Shown piece after piece: positions 8,213-17,686 of a DNA stretch of 33,266 nt. The position numbers and the translations under genes were made by a program. Origin of the DNA: an uncultured Lachnospiraceae bacterium (lineage in GTDB: Bacteria > Bacillota > Clostridia > Lachnospirales > Lachnospiraceae); assembly GCA_902782715.1 (NCBI GenBank), contig CACZOG010000090.1, positions 1 to 33,266 of the forward strand. Direction: 5' to 3'. Position 1 is the first letter of the stretch. Every line of letters starts with the position of its first letter. A model generated the notes under the pieces. The model saw only the letters and a program-made list of their open reading frames with translations. It was not told where the DNA came from and did no database searches.

Positions 8213-9517
8213 ATGAAAAACTACACTACTCAGATGGACGCGGCAAGAAAGGGGATAATAACTCCCGAAATGAAGAAGGTGGCGGCAAAGGAATACCGAA
8301 GCGAGGAGGAGATAAGGGAGCTTGTGGCCCGCGGCAGTGTTGCGATCTGCGCGAACAGACTGCATAAATGCCTTGAACCCAACGGCGTAGGCTCTATGCT
8401 TCGTACCAAGATAAACGTTAATCTCGGAGTATCGAGAGACTGTAAAGATTATGACATCGAAATGAGAAAAGTAATGGCAGCAGTCGATATGGGAGCAGAA
8501 GCCATAATGGATCTTTCCTCCCACGGCAATACGCAGCCTTTCAGAAAGAAGCTTACATCCGAATGCCCCGCCATGATAGGAACGGTTCCGGTTTATGACA
8601 GCGTGATCCATTATCAGAGAGATCTTGCAACGCTTACGGCTAAGGATTTTATCGATGTTGTGCGTCTTCATGCCGAAGACGGAGTTGATTTTGTGACACT
8701 TCACTGCGGAATTACGAGAAAAACCATTGAACAGATCCGTAAGCATAAAAGAAAAATGAATATAGTATCCAGAGGAGGCTCGCTTGTTTTTGCGTGGATG
8801 TGCATGACGGGAGAGGAAAATCCTTTTTATGAGTATTACGATGAGATACTCGATATCTGTCGTGAATACGACGTTACGATATCTTTGGGAGATGCGTGCC
8901 GACCGGGATGTTTAGCCGACGCATCCGATGTATGTCAGATCGAAGAACTCGTTCGTCTCGGAGAACTTACAAAACGTGCTTGGGAAAAAGATGTTCAGGT
9001 AATGGTTGAAGGACCGGGCCATATGCCGCTCGATCAGATAGAAGCCAATATGAAGATCCAGCAGACAATATGCATGGGTGCGCCTTTTTATGTTTTAGGA
9101 CCCCTTGTTACGGATATAGCACCCGGATACGATCATATTACATCTGCTATCGGCGGTGCGATCGCTGCATCGGCAGGCGCGGCGTTTCTTTGCTACGTTA
9201 CTCCAGCAGAGCATCTGGCATTACCCAATGTCGAGGATGTTAAACAGGGGATCATTGCATCGAAGATCGCGGCACATGCAGCCGATATCGCAAAGAAAGT
9301 ACCTCATGCGAGAGACATTGACGATAAGATGGCGGATGCAAGAAGAACATTTGACTGGGAGGCACAGTGGGAGTGCTCGATCGATCCTAAGACAGCAAGA
9401 GCGATCCGTGATTCACGTGCCCCGGAACATGACGACACCTGTTCCATGTGCGGTAAATTCTGTGCGGTAAGAAGCATGAACAAAGCTCTGGCCGGAGAAT
9501 ACATAGATATACTTTAG
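8213..9517 (+). CDS. thiC: Phosphomethylpyrimidine synthase
   Basis: [45 protein letters not shown]. Confidence 0.98.
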   Translation: MKNYTTQMDAARKGIITPEMKKVAAKEYRSEEEIRELVARGSVAICANRLHKCLEPNGVGSMLRTKINVNLGVSRDCKDYDIEMRKVMAAVDMGAEAIMDLSSHGNTQPFRKKLTSECPAMIGTVPVYDSVIHYQRDLATLTAKDFIDVVRLHAEDGVDFVTLHCGITRKTIEQIRKHKRKMNIVSRGGSLVFAWMCMTGEENPFYEYYDEILDICREYDVTISLGDACRPGCLADASDVCQIEELVRLGELTKRAWEKDVQVMVEGPGHMPLDQIEANMKIQQTICMGAPFYVLGPLVTDIAPGYDHITSAIGGAIAASAGAAFLCYVTPAEHLALPNVEDVKQGIIASKIAAHAADIAKKVPHARDIDDKMADARRTFDWEAQWECSIDPKTARAIRDSRAPEHDDTCSMCGKFCAVRSMNKALAGEYIDIL

Positions 9518-9570
9518 AGATAAATATCTGCCATTGTTTACGATGCAGGATTAAGGAAAAGAGGCGAATT

Positions 9571-10308
9571 ATGAAGAAAAACAATGTACTTAAATTAATC
9601 ATGCTCTCCATGCTTATTGCAATCGGAGTTGTCATATCTCCCATTTTAAGAGTTGAAGGAATGTGCCCTATGGCACATTTTATCAATATAGTCTGTTCCG
9701 TTCTTTTGGGACCGTGGTATTCTCTTGTCTGTGCTTTTACGATAGGAATTATCAGAATGGTTCTCATGGGAATACCGCCGCTTGCGTTAACGGGCGCTGT
9801 GTTCGGAGCATTTCTTTCAGGTGTTTTCTACCGTCTTTCAAAAGGGAAAATACTTATGGCTGTTCTGGGTGAAATCATCGGGACCGGCATAATCGGAGCA
9901 GTGGTATCGTATCCCGTAATGACACTTTTGTGGAATAAGGAAGGGCTTACGTGGTTCTTTTACATTCCGTCTTTTATATGCGGAACGCTTATCGGCGGAA
10001 GCGTTGCATATTTCTTTTTACGTAAAATGATTGAAAACGGAATGCTTTCCAAAATGCAGGAAAAACTCGGCACCCCGGTATTTGCCGACAAAAGCACGAT
10101 TATCTCGAATACCGTTTCGATTGCCGCGTTCGGACCGGTTTTGTTTGTTGTATTCCTGCTTCTTCCGCAGATTTTCAAATCGGAAGCCACATTCTGGAAA
10201 TATCCGGCTTACGGATCGATTATCGGCTTTATTGCAATAGCAGCCGTTTATTTCGCATTAAAAATGATTACACGAAAAACCAAAGGAAAAAACAAAGATG
10301 TCAATTAA
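9571..10308 (+). CDS. thiW: ECF S-component, thiazole transporter ThiW, with C-terminal extension
   Basis: CPMAHFINIVCSVLLGPWY, LGEIIGTGIIGAVVSYP; position inside the thi operon. Confidence 0.85.
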   Translation: MKKNNVLKLIMLSMLIAIGVVISPILRVEGMCPMAHFINIVCSVLLGPWYSLVCAFTIGIIRMVLMGIPPLALTGAVFGAFLSGVFYRLSKGKILMAVLGEIIGTGIIGAVVSYPVMTLLWNKEGLTWFFYIPSFICGTLIGGSVAYFFLRKMIENGMLSKMQEKLGTPVFADKSTIISNTVSIAAFGPVLFVVFLLLPQIFKSEATFWKYPAYGSIIGFIAIAAVYFALKMITRKTKGKNKDVN

Positions 10309-11092
10309 AGATATTCGTGAAAAGCTGAATGAAAAAAATCCGCTTATACACTGCATTACAAATCCGATTTCGATAAGGGAATGTGCGAATGTGATTTTAT
10401 CCTCGGGTGCAAGACCGATTATGGCTGAACATCCCGATGAAGTAGAAACGGTTACAAAAAGCGCGCTCGCACTTTTAATCAATCTCGGAAACCTTACAAA
10501 AGAGAGGGAAGAAGCCATCCTTTTATCGGCTGAAACAGCGGGAGATTTCAACATACCCTGCGTGCTTGATTTATGCGGTGCCGCGGCTTTAAAGAACCGT
10601 CGTGAACTTGCTGTGTCGGTTATAAAAAAAGCTTCGCCCAAAATCATCAAGGGAAATTATTCCGAGATAAAAGCGCTCTATGACGAAACGTATAAAGCTT
10701 CGGGAGTCGATACGGAAAAGAACCTTGATAAAGAAGAGATAAGCGAAGCGGCAAAAACTCTTGCGAGAAAATATAAGGCCACGGTTTTGGCAAGCGGCAA
10801 AACGGACGTTGTTACCGACGGAAATACTCTGTATCACTGTGAAAACGGCACACCTCAGCTTGCAAAGATAACCGGGACAGGCTGCATGCAGGGTGCACTC
10901 TCGGCTGCTTTTTTATCCGTGGCTGAAGCTTTGGATGCCGCACTTTTATCATGCGTTATGTTTGCGGTATGCGGAGAAAAGGCCGAGACGCCTCTTGGAA
11001 ACGGTTCATTCGAAGTAAGACTTTTAGATGCACTGTCCGTGATCGAAAGTGAAGAGATCGACACAAGAGCAAAGATTAAAAAGGTTATGTGA
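10298..11092 (+). CDS. thiM: Hydroxyethylthiazole kinase
   Basis: PLIHCITN, GARPIMA, IKGNYSEI, ITGTGCMQG. Confidence 0.95.
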   Translation: MSIKDIREKLNEKNPLIHCITNPISIRECANVILSSGARPIMAEHPDEVETVTKSALALLINLGNLTKEREEAILLSAETAGDFNIPCVLDLCGAAALKNRRELAVSVIKKASPKIIKGNYSEIKALYDETYKASGVDTEKNLDKEEISEAAKTLARKYKATVLASGKTDVVTDGNTLYHCENGTPQLAKITGTGCMQGALSAAFLSVAEALDAALLSCVMFAVCGEKAETPLGNGSFEVRLLDALSVIESEEIDTRAKIKKVM

Positions 11093-11125
11093 TGCGCAAA
11101 GCATGACTGACCGGGGAGAATCAAG

Positions 11126-11761
11126 ATGAAAGATATAAACACAAGGATCTATTTTATAACCGACAGCACTGATTATGATAAGGATGAATTTTTAAGAAGG
11201 ATCGAGAGCGCTCTTAAAGGCGGAGTCACTCTTATTCAGCTCAGGGAAAAAGAAAGAAGCACAAGAGAATATCTTGAACTTGCAGATGCGGTGCATGAGA
11301 TTTCTTTAAAGTACGATGTACCTCTGATCATAGATGACAGACTCGACATAGCGATGGCTGTTAACGCAGAGGGCGTTCATTTGGGACAAAGCGACCTTCC
11401 GATAAAGATCGCACGTGAGATCTTCGGGCCCTACAAGATCATCGGAGCAACGGCCAAAACGGTTGCACAGGCTGAAGAAGCATATGAACAGGGTGCGGAT
11501 TATCTTGGAGTCGGCGCGATCTTTCCGACAACAACCAAAGTAAAAACGATTTTAACTTCTAAAGAAACGTTGTATGATATATGTATGTCGGTTCCCATTC
11601 CCGTAAATGCCATCGGAGGACTTACTCCCGATAATATCGACATTTTAAAAGGCATACCGATCGCGGGAGTGTGTGCCGTTTCCGCCATAATGAAGGCGGA
11701 AGATCCCTTTAAGGCTTCGAAACTCTTATCCGAAGCCGTAAAGGAGAAACTTGGATTTTAG
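11126..11761 (+). CDS. thiE: Thiamine-phosphate synthase
   Basis: QLREK, IIDDRLD, GVHLGQSD, ADYLGVGAIFPTTTK, AIGG. Confidence 0.97.
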   Translation: MKDINTRIYFITDSTDYDKDEFLRRIESALKGGVTLIQLREKERSTREYLELADAVHEISLKYDVPLIIDDRLDIAMAVNAEGVHLGQSDLPIKIAREIFGPYKIIGATAKTVAQAEEAYEQGADYLGVGAIFPTTTKVKTILTSKETLYDICMSVPIPVNAIGGLTPDNIDILKGIPIAGVCAVSAIMKAEDPFKASKLLSEAVKEKLGF

Positions 11762-11772
11762 GAGAGAGACCG

Positions 11773-12618
11773 ATGAAAGATCGGATCAAATACATAATTA
11801 TTTTTAATGTTTTAATTCTTATCGAGTGTGCCATCGGGATGTGGACAGATGGTTTTGTGCGAGGATATGTGGGAGATGTTCTTATAATCCCGACCCTGTA
11901 TATTCTCGCAAGAGCAGCGTATTACAATAAGGACACGATCTTTTCGGTATATGTGCTTCCGTTTTGCTGCTATTATCTCGGATGGGTAGCGGAGATCCTC
12001 CAGCTGATCGATATATATGACATTCTCGGTATCAGCACAGATTCGATCATTGCCGTTATTTTAGGCGGAAGTTTTGACATTTTTGACGGTCTTGCATATC
12101 TTTTTGGACTCTATCTGATCGGGGTTTTACTGGCAGTCGAGAGTTTTATAGAAAAAAAAGACAGAGAATGGTGGTATCCGATAGGAGTATTCCTTCACTG
12201 GACATGGGGAAACATGCAGACTATGGCCGGACTGGTTCTGTATCTTATTTATTATAAATGCCCGCACCGTTATTACAAAGGAGTGCTTCAGACGGTCTGG
12301 CCTAAGGATTCAGGATTGTCCATGGGTTTTTTCATCTTTACTCCGAGTGAAGACGGCGGTGAAGACACACACTTTTCGGAAAGAATGGAATACTGCAATA
12401 AGGTAACCGTTCATGAATACGGTCACACGATTCAGGCACTTCTTTTAGGACCGCTTTATCCTTTTGTGATAGGAATTCCCTCGTTAAGCTGGGGCAGCAT
12501 CCCCGTATTTGAAATAATACGCCGTAAGAAAAATATTCCTTACACCTGGCTTTTCTGTGAGAAATGGGCATCATCATGGGGAGAAAAAGTTACGAAAGAA
12601 AAAGCAATATGGAATTAG
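11773..12618 (+). CDS. DUF2809-like membrane domain fused to an HExxH (zincin-like) domain
   Basis: N-terminal FVRGYVGDVL...AEILQL...LGGSFDIFD; C-terminal HEYGHTIQ..LGPLY..VIGIPS...CEKWA. Confidence 0.7.
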   Translation: MKDRIKYIIIFNVLILIECAIGMWTDGFVRGYVGDVLIIPTLYILARAAYYNKDTIFSVYVLPFCCYYLGWVAEILQLIDIYDILGISTDSIIAVILGGSFDIFDGLAYLFGLYLIGVLLAVESFIEKKDREWWYPIGVFLHWTWGNMQTMAGLVLYLIYYKCPHRYYKGVLQTVWPKDSGLSMGFFIFTPSEDGGEDTHFSERMEYCNKVTVHEYGHTIQALLLGPLYPFVIGIPSLSWGSIPVFEIIRRKKNIPYTWLFCEKWASSWGEKVTKEKAIWN

Positions 12619-12634
12619 TTTTGTATCAAAATAG

Positions 12635-12643
12635 TGGTATAAT
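12635..12643 (+). promoter_or_regulatory. Extended -10 promoter TGGTATAAT
   Basis: Perfect motif 30 nt upstream of ATG 12674. Confidence 0.6.
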
Positions 12644-12673
12644 GGATACATGTATTGAGAAAGGAGTTACAAC

Positions 12674-13066
12674 ATGAAAGAAGTTTATGATTTTATCAAA
12701 AAATGCGGAACATATTATCTTGCAACGGTTGAAGGAGATCAGCCCAGAGTAAGACCGTTCGGTACGATCGAGATTTTTGAAGATAAGTTATACATTCAGA
12801 CGGGAAAGAGCAAAGATGTTTCAAAGCAGATCCAGGCTAATCCCAAGGTTGAATTAAGCTGCTTCGCCCAAGGAACATGGTTAAGACTCTCGGGTGAACT
12901 TGTTCGCGATGACAGAAAAGAAGCAAAGAAGCATATGCTCGACAATTATCCCGAGTTACGGGGAATGTATTCGGAAGACGATGATAATACCGAAGTATTG
13001 TATTTTAAGAATGCTACGGCAGTATTCTCATCATTTGCCGCTGCTCCCAGAACGATCACTTTCTAA
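12674..13066 (+). CDS. Pyridoxamine 5'-phosphate oxidase-like FMN-binding protein (NimA/NimC-like)
   Basis: YYLATVEGDQPRVRPFG, KDVSKQIQANPKVEL; AAGGAG RBS. Confidence 0.85.
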   Translation: MKEVYDFIKKCGTYYLATVEGDQPRVRPFGTIEIFEDKLYIQTGKSKDVSKQIQANPKVELSCFAQGTWLRLSGELVRDDRKEAKKHMLDNYPELRGMYSEDDDNTEVLYFKNATAVFSSFAAAPRTITF

Positions 13067-13077
13067 AAGGATTTGAA

Positions 13078-13518
13078 ATGGAATACGCTTTTTACGGATG
13101 GGAGAGTGCAAACTCTCCCGTTTGCGACGATAAATACAAAAAAATAGAAAATCCCCGAAAGATGTACGATGTTTTGTCAGAAATATGGTGCGAATACACC
13201 TGCGCTCCGCGATTAAGACAAAAATGGAGTGAAAACAACAAAACAGTCGGTCAATGTTCGATCACGGCTTTTCTGGTACAGGATGTGTTCGGCGGAAAAG
13301 TGTACGGAGTACCTTTGGAGGACGGCAATTATCACTGTTACAATGTTGTGGGAGAGAGTGTTTTCGATCTGACGAGCGAACAGTTTGAAGGAAGAAAACT
13401 TGAATACAGACTCGAGAACGAACAGTTAAGGGAAGTTCATTTCGCCAAAGAAGAGAAAAGATTAAGATATGAATATCTTAAGGATAAACTTAACGAATAC
13501 TGCAATATGCCGATATAG
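13078..13518 (+). CDS. YunG-like hypothetical protein
   Basis: WSENNKTVGQCSITAFLVQDVFGG, HCYN, DLTSEQF. Confidence 0.75.
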   Translation: MEYAFYGWESANSPVCDDKYKKIENPRKMYDVLSEIWCEYTCAPRLRQKWSENNKTVGQCSITAFLVQDVFGGKVYGVPLEDGNYHCYNVVGESVFDLTSEQFEGRKLEYRLENEQLREVHFAKEEKRLRYEYLKDKLNEYCNMPI

Positions 13519-13538
13519 ATAACGGAGGCAGGGATGCT

Positions 13539-14018
13539 ATGAAAACCATTATTGTATTTTATTCACTTGAAGGCAGCACAAGGAAGGTTGCCGAACGTCT
13601 GGCAGTGGAACTGAAAGCAGATCTTCTTGAGTTAAAGCCCGTAAAACCCGTTAAAAACAACGGCTCGAAATTCATGCACGGAGGCGGACAGGTTATGTTC
13701 GGAATATGTCCCAAACTGGAGGATTATACATTCTCGGTTTCGGATTATGACCGTGTGATAATAGGAACCCCCGTCTGGGCGGGAAGCTTTACTCCCGCGA
13801 TCAAGACTTTTCTTAAGGATAACGAACTTAATTATAAAGTCAGCGCGGTGTTTACTTTAAGCGGAAGCGGCAAAAACGAGGGATGCCTTAAGAAATTAAA
13901 GAAAAAATGTCCGTCGATCTTAAACGATGCAAATCTGCTTGATACCAATAATCCGGACAACGAAGAAACCAACGAAAAAAGAATTAAGAATTTTATCAGC
14001 AGAATAAGATATGACTGA
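13539..14018 (+). CDS. Flavodoxin family protein
   Basis: VFYSLEGSTRKVA, IIGTPVWAG. Confidence 0.88.
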   Translation: MKTIIVFYSLEGSTRKVAERLAVELKADLLELKPVKPVKNNGSKFMHGGGQVMFGICPKLEDYTFSVSDYDRVIIGTPVWAGSFTPAIKTFLKDNELNYKVSAVFTLSGSGKNEGCLKKLKKKCPSILNDANLLDTNNPDNEETNEKRIKNFISRIRYD

Positions 14019-14035
14019 TATTTTAGGATGAAAAA

Positions 14036-14818
14036 ATGAAAGAAAGATCACTTGTGGCAGGCAAATTAAAGATCATCGGACTCTGCATGTATTTTATCAT
14101 TCTGTTCGGTGAAAGACTCTGTGCGGTTTTTTACAGTTTCAAAATGGGAGGAGAGTACGCGCTTTCTTCCGGACATGTATTTAATTTTATCGCATATACG
14201 GTTACGGTAATAAGTATCGGAGTATCGGTGCCTTTATCCGTAAATTATCTTTACAAGATGATGAGATATCTTTCCCAAAAAGAACCTTATCCTTTTAAAG
14301 CAGATTACAAAAAGATAATCATCGGATTTCTGGCACTGCTTTTCGCAGGAATGATGCATACGGGATTTACCGTTGCACCCGTTCAGTTTGTGGCATACGG
14401 ATTCTTGATCTTCGCCATGGCAGTCAGATGCGTGGAAGAATGCAAGGAAAACAAAGAAAGACGTTTCGCTTCGATAGTGTCTCTTATCTATCTTACATTG
14501 TTCTCGATGACGATACCTGTCTGCTACATTGCACTTAAGCTCGGCGTGCTTACAATACCTTTCTTCGCAGTTGAATTTGCGGCGGTATTTGTACTGATCC
14601 CGCTTTTCGGAAGGATGCTTTACAGATTCTTTACTGACGGCGTTACGGATTTCTCATTCGTCAATCCGCTCGTAATGTTTATTCTCTCGGGATTAACGGT
14701 AGCATTAAAATGGAGCGAGGAGATAAACTGGTTCGTGCTCATATTTGTGGTACTTACGATCGTCTTTTATCTGACATTCGGGATCATCGCATCGATAAAG
14801 ATAAAAAGATCAAAATGA
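14036..14818 (+). CDS. Hypothetical polytopic membrane protein
   Basis: About 8 hydrophobic segments, 260 aa. Confidence 0.75.
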   Translation: MKERSLVAGKLKIIGLCMYFIILFGERLCAVFYSFKMGGEYALSSGHVFNFIAYTVTVISIGVSVPLSVNYLYKMMRYLSQKEPYPFKADYKKIIIGFLALLFAGMMHTGFTVAPVQFVAYGFLIFAMAVRCVEECKENKERRFASIVSLIYLTLFSMTIPVCYIALKLGVLTIPFFAVEFAAVFVLIPLFGRMLYRFFTDGVTDFSFVNPLVMFILSGLTVALKWSEEINWFVLIFVVLTIVFYLTFGIIASIKIKRSK

Positions 14819-14828
14819 TAAACGGATC

Positions 14829-14859
14829 AAAAAAGCCTTTCGTTAAGAAAGGCTTTTTT
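14829..14859. terminator. Bidirectional intrinsic terminator
   Basis: AAAAAAGCCTTTC-gttaa-GAAAGGCTTTTTT between convergent genes. Confidence 0.9.
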
Positions 14860-14874
14860 ATTGCTTATGTTTAA

Positions 14875-15846
14875 TTATTCTTCTTCGGATTCAGTTCTCC
14901 AGGGATTGGCGGGATTAGGATCCGTGGGGTCCCACCCGCGTCTGGGGTCGTTTCCGTCTATCTTGACTGCTTCGGGCTTACCTAAAGGTCCGGGATTGTC
15001 GGGATCGTCATAGATCTCAACGATTGTTCCGACTTCACAGTTATCAAAGATCCATTTGGCATCTTCGGCCGTAAGTCTTATGCATCCGTGAGAACATACG
15101 GTTCCGAGTCTGTTGTATTCTCCCCAAAGAAGTGTGTCTTCAGCCCGTTTGTTATACATTACGGAATGGAACCAGATGTGACCGGTGATTCGTCTTGCAT
15201 ACTGACCTACCGTTCCCTGCTCGAATGCGAGCCATCTTGCGTTTCCGCCTAATGAGAACGATCCGATCGGAGTTGCGTTTCCGCTTGAACATACCATTGC
15301 TTTGTAAGGAACGGTGTAATTCCCGTCATCGTCCTTGGAATAGACCGTTACGGTGCAGGCTTTTCTGTTTATCTTAATATAATATGTGGCATCACCCGTT
15401 ACGGTTTTCGGAGGAGCGGTCGCATTTACGACCTGACCTTCAAATGCCATTCGTCCTTCTTTTTTACCGTAGTTTTTATAATGATTGTAAAGCTTTGTCT
15501 CATTGTTTCCGAATACGGCCACAACATCGGGATATGCATTTGCATAGAATTCGGCATCAAAGAGAGTCTTGTCTTTCATGACTTTAACGCTTCCGACCGT
15601 TTCGGTGGAATTCGCACAGGCTCTTCCTTCGTTTCGTCCGTAGGCATCATAATGTGCCCAGAGGTCTTTCTCATTGTATCCGAAATTGGCTTTAAGATCG
15701 GGATATGCGTCGGCATAGTAGATCGGGTCGAAGATTGTGCCGTCAGGCATGTTTAAAGGTGCAGCTGATGCAACCGTTCTTAAGTTGAAAACGAACGAGA
15801 ATGCGATAAGGCAGATCGCAATCCGTTTCAGTACTTTTGTTTTCAT
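14875..15846 (-). CDS. Secreted L,D-transpeptidase (YkuD family) with two N-terminal FDxxYY..YPD repeats
   Basis: Signal peptide ending ASA; IWFHS...LGTVCSHGCIRL catalytic motif; YYIKINR..CTVTVY, ATPIGSF. Confidence 0.9.
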   Translation of the reverse strand: MKTKVLKRIAICLIAFSFVFNLRTVASAAPLNMPDGTIFDPIYYADAYPDLKANFGYNEKDLWAHYDAYGRNEGRACANSTETVGSVKVMKDKTLFDAEFYANAYPDVVAVFGNNETKLYNHYKNYGKKEGRMAFEGQVVNATAPPKTVTGDATYYIKINRKACTVTVYSKDDDGNYTVPYKAMVCSSGNATPIGSFSLGGNARWLAFEQGTVGQYARRITGHIWFHSVMYNKRAEDTLLWGEYNRLGTVCSHGCIRLTAEDAKWIFDNCEVGTIVEIYDDPDNPGPLGKPEAVKIDGNDPRRGWDPTDPNPANPWRTESEEE

Positions 15847-16050
15847 ACAGATCTCCTTAGATTATTTAATTTTCATTTTCTCTTTTACTCATTTATTCAC
15901 TTCTTTAATCTATCATATTTCTTTTATGTTTACAATTGCAAAGAAAGGGGTACGACTTTTTAAATAGACTGTAAAAAATTATTATGATATCATTAAATGG
16001 TTGATTTAAAATCCCATAAAAAACGAGAAAAACAGTTTGGAGAAATACCG

Positions 16051-17664
16051 ATGGAAAACAGACCGATACTTAAAAACAGGGTTTATTTATATCTTACCGA
16101 ATTCTTTGCCGGAATGTCGGTAATGGCAGTGGAACTGGGTGCGAGCAGACTGCTTGCTCCGTATTTCAGTTCATCGCAGATCGTATGGACGATCATTATC
16201 GGAACGATCATGATAGCGATGGCTTTAGGCAATATCTACGGAGGAAGAGCTGCGGATAAGAACCCGAATCCCGACAGACTTTATGCAAGGATCATAATAG
16301 CGGCGATCTGGATCGCGGCGATTCCTGTTCTGGGCAAATACGTGATAATACTGATATCGGGACTTCTTATTTTCACCGTAAACAATAATTTCCTTATCGT
16401 GGCGGGATTTGTCGCATGTATGGTTATCTTCGTATTCCCTCTTTTCTTACTCGGAACGGTAACCCCTTCGCTTGTAAAATACACGGTCGACAATCTCGAC
16501 AACAACGGAAAACTTGTCGGAAATCTTAATGCCGCAAATACCATCGGAAGCATTATCGGTACCTTTGTGCCGACATTCATAAGCATTCCGGCAGTAGGAA
16601 CTTCGATCACGTTTCTTATTTTTGCGGGCATTCTTCTGATCCTCTGTCTCATCTACTTTATAACATCAAAGATCAGCATGAAAAAGATAAAGAGACTTCC
16701 CGTCGGAATGGTTATCTTTGTTCTCTGCTGCATATTCGGTCATAAAAGCAATTTTGCCTTCTGGCAGAACAACCTTATTTACGAGGGCGAGTCGATATAC
16801 AACTATCTTCAGGTATACGAGGATGATAAGGCAACATATTTTTCGACAAACGTTCTCTTCGGAATACAGTCTGTTTATCTTAAGGAAAAAGGCCTGACCG
16901 GATACTACTACGATTTTGCGATGGCGGCTCCTTTTATGAGTGCCGTAAACGAAAAAGATTCGCTCGACATCCTTATCCTCGGAAACGGAACGGGAACTTT
17001 CGCAACACAGTGCGAAAGATATTTTGACAAGGATCTGAACATTACGGGTGTTGAGATAGATGAAAAGATAACGAAACTTGCAAGGGAGTATTTCGAACTT
17101 CCCGAAGACGTCAAAGTCGTAACTTACGACGGAAGAGCATATCTTAATGCTTCGGATGAAAAGTTTGACGTTATCATGGTCGATGCATATCAGGACATTA
17201 CAATTCCTTTTCAGATGTCTTCAACGGAGTTTTTTACACTTGTAAAAGATCATCTTAAAGAAGACGGTGTAATGGTTGTTAACATGAACATGAAAAGTGA
17301 CGGGGAAGGAAGCATCAATCAGTATCTCTCCGATACGATCTCAGGTGTATTTTCAGAAGTATACGGGGCGGATACTTTCGGCTCGACCAACAGGGAACTT
17401 TTTGCATCGAATAATCCAAAGATGATGGAAGTTTTTAATGAAAACGTGGAACTGGAAGAAGATCCGGAGCTTTTATGGATGATGGGTAAAGTATCCGAGA
17501 GACTCACACCTTACGAAAGCGGCAGTTATGTGATGACCGATGACAAAGCTCCGGTTGAGCTTCTCGGAATGAAAGTCATCGATGAGATAATTCAGACGGA
17601 AGTTTCATATTACAAAGAGATATATAAGGACGGCGGGATCAAAGCCGTCATAGATAACTTATAA
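16051..17664 (+). CDS. Fused membrane domain / spermidine-synthase-like SAM-binding domain protein
   Basis: About 7 TM N-terminus (MAVELGASRLLAPYF...NTIGSIIGTF); ESIYNYLQV, ILILGNGTG, VEIDE, DGRAYL, IMVDAY, TDDKAPVE; GGAG RBS favours ATG 16051. Confidence 0.88.
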   Translation: MENRPILKNRVYLYLTEFFAGMSVMAVELGASRLLAPYFSSSQIVWTIIIGTIMIAMALGNIYGGRAADKNPNPDRLYARIIIAAIWIAAIPVLGKYVIILISGLLIFTVNNNFLIVAGFVACMVIFVFPLFLLGTVTPSLVKYTVDNLDNNGKLVGNLNAANTIGSIIGTFVPTFISIPAVGTSITFLIFAGILLILCLIYFITSKISMKKIKRLPVGMVIFVLCCIFGHKSNFAFWQNNLIYEGESIYNYLQVYEDDKATYFSTNVLFGIQSVYLKEKGLTGYYYDFAMAAPFMSAVNEKDSLDILILGNGTGTFATQCERYFDKDLNITGVEIDEKITKLAREYFELPEDVKVVTYDGRAYLNASDEKFDVIMVDAYQDITIPFQMSSTEFFTLVKDHLKEDGVMVVNMNMKSDGEGSINQYLSDTISGVFSEVYGADTFGSTNRELFASNNPKMMEVFNENVELEEDPELLWMMGKVSERLTPYESGSYVMTDDKAPVELLGMKVIDEIIQTEVSYYKEIYKDGGIKAVIDNL

Positions 17665-17686
17665 GATTTTCAGGGTTTTGGGTTAA

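Noticed and set aside
7481-11688. Antisense ORFs of up to 197 aa across the thi genes
   Set aside because: They lie opposite well-conserved genes and show no motifs; the same applies to shadow ORFs over the MATE, kinase and ABC genes.
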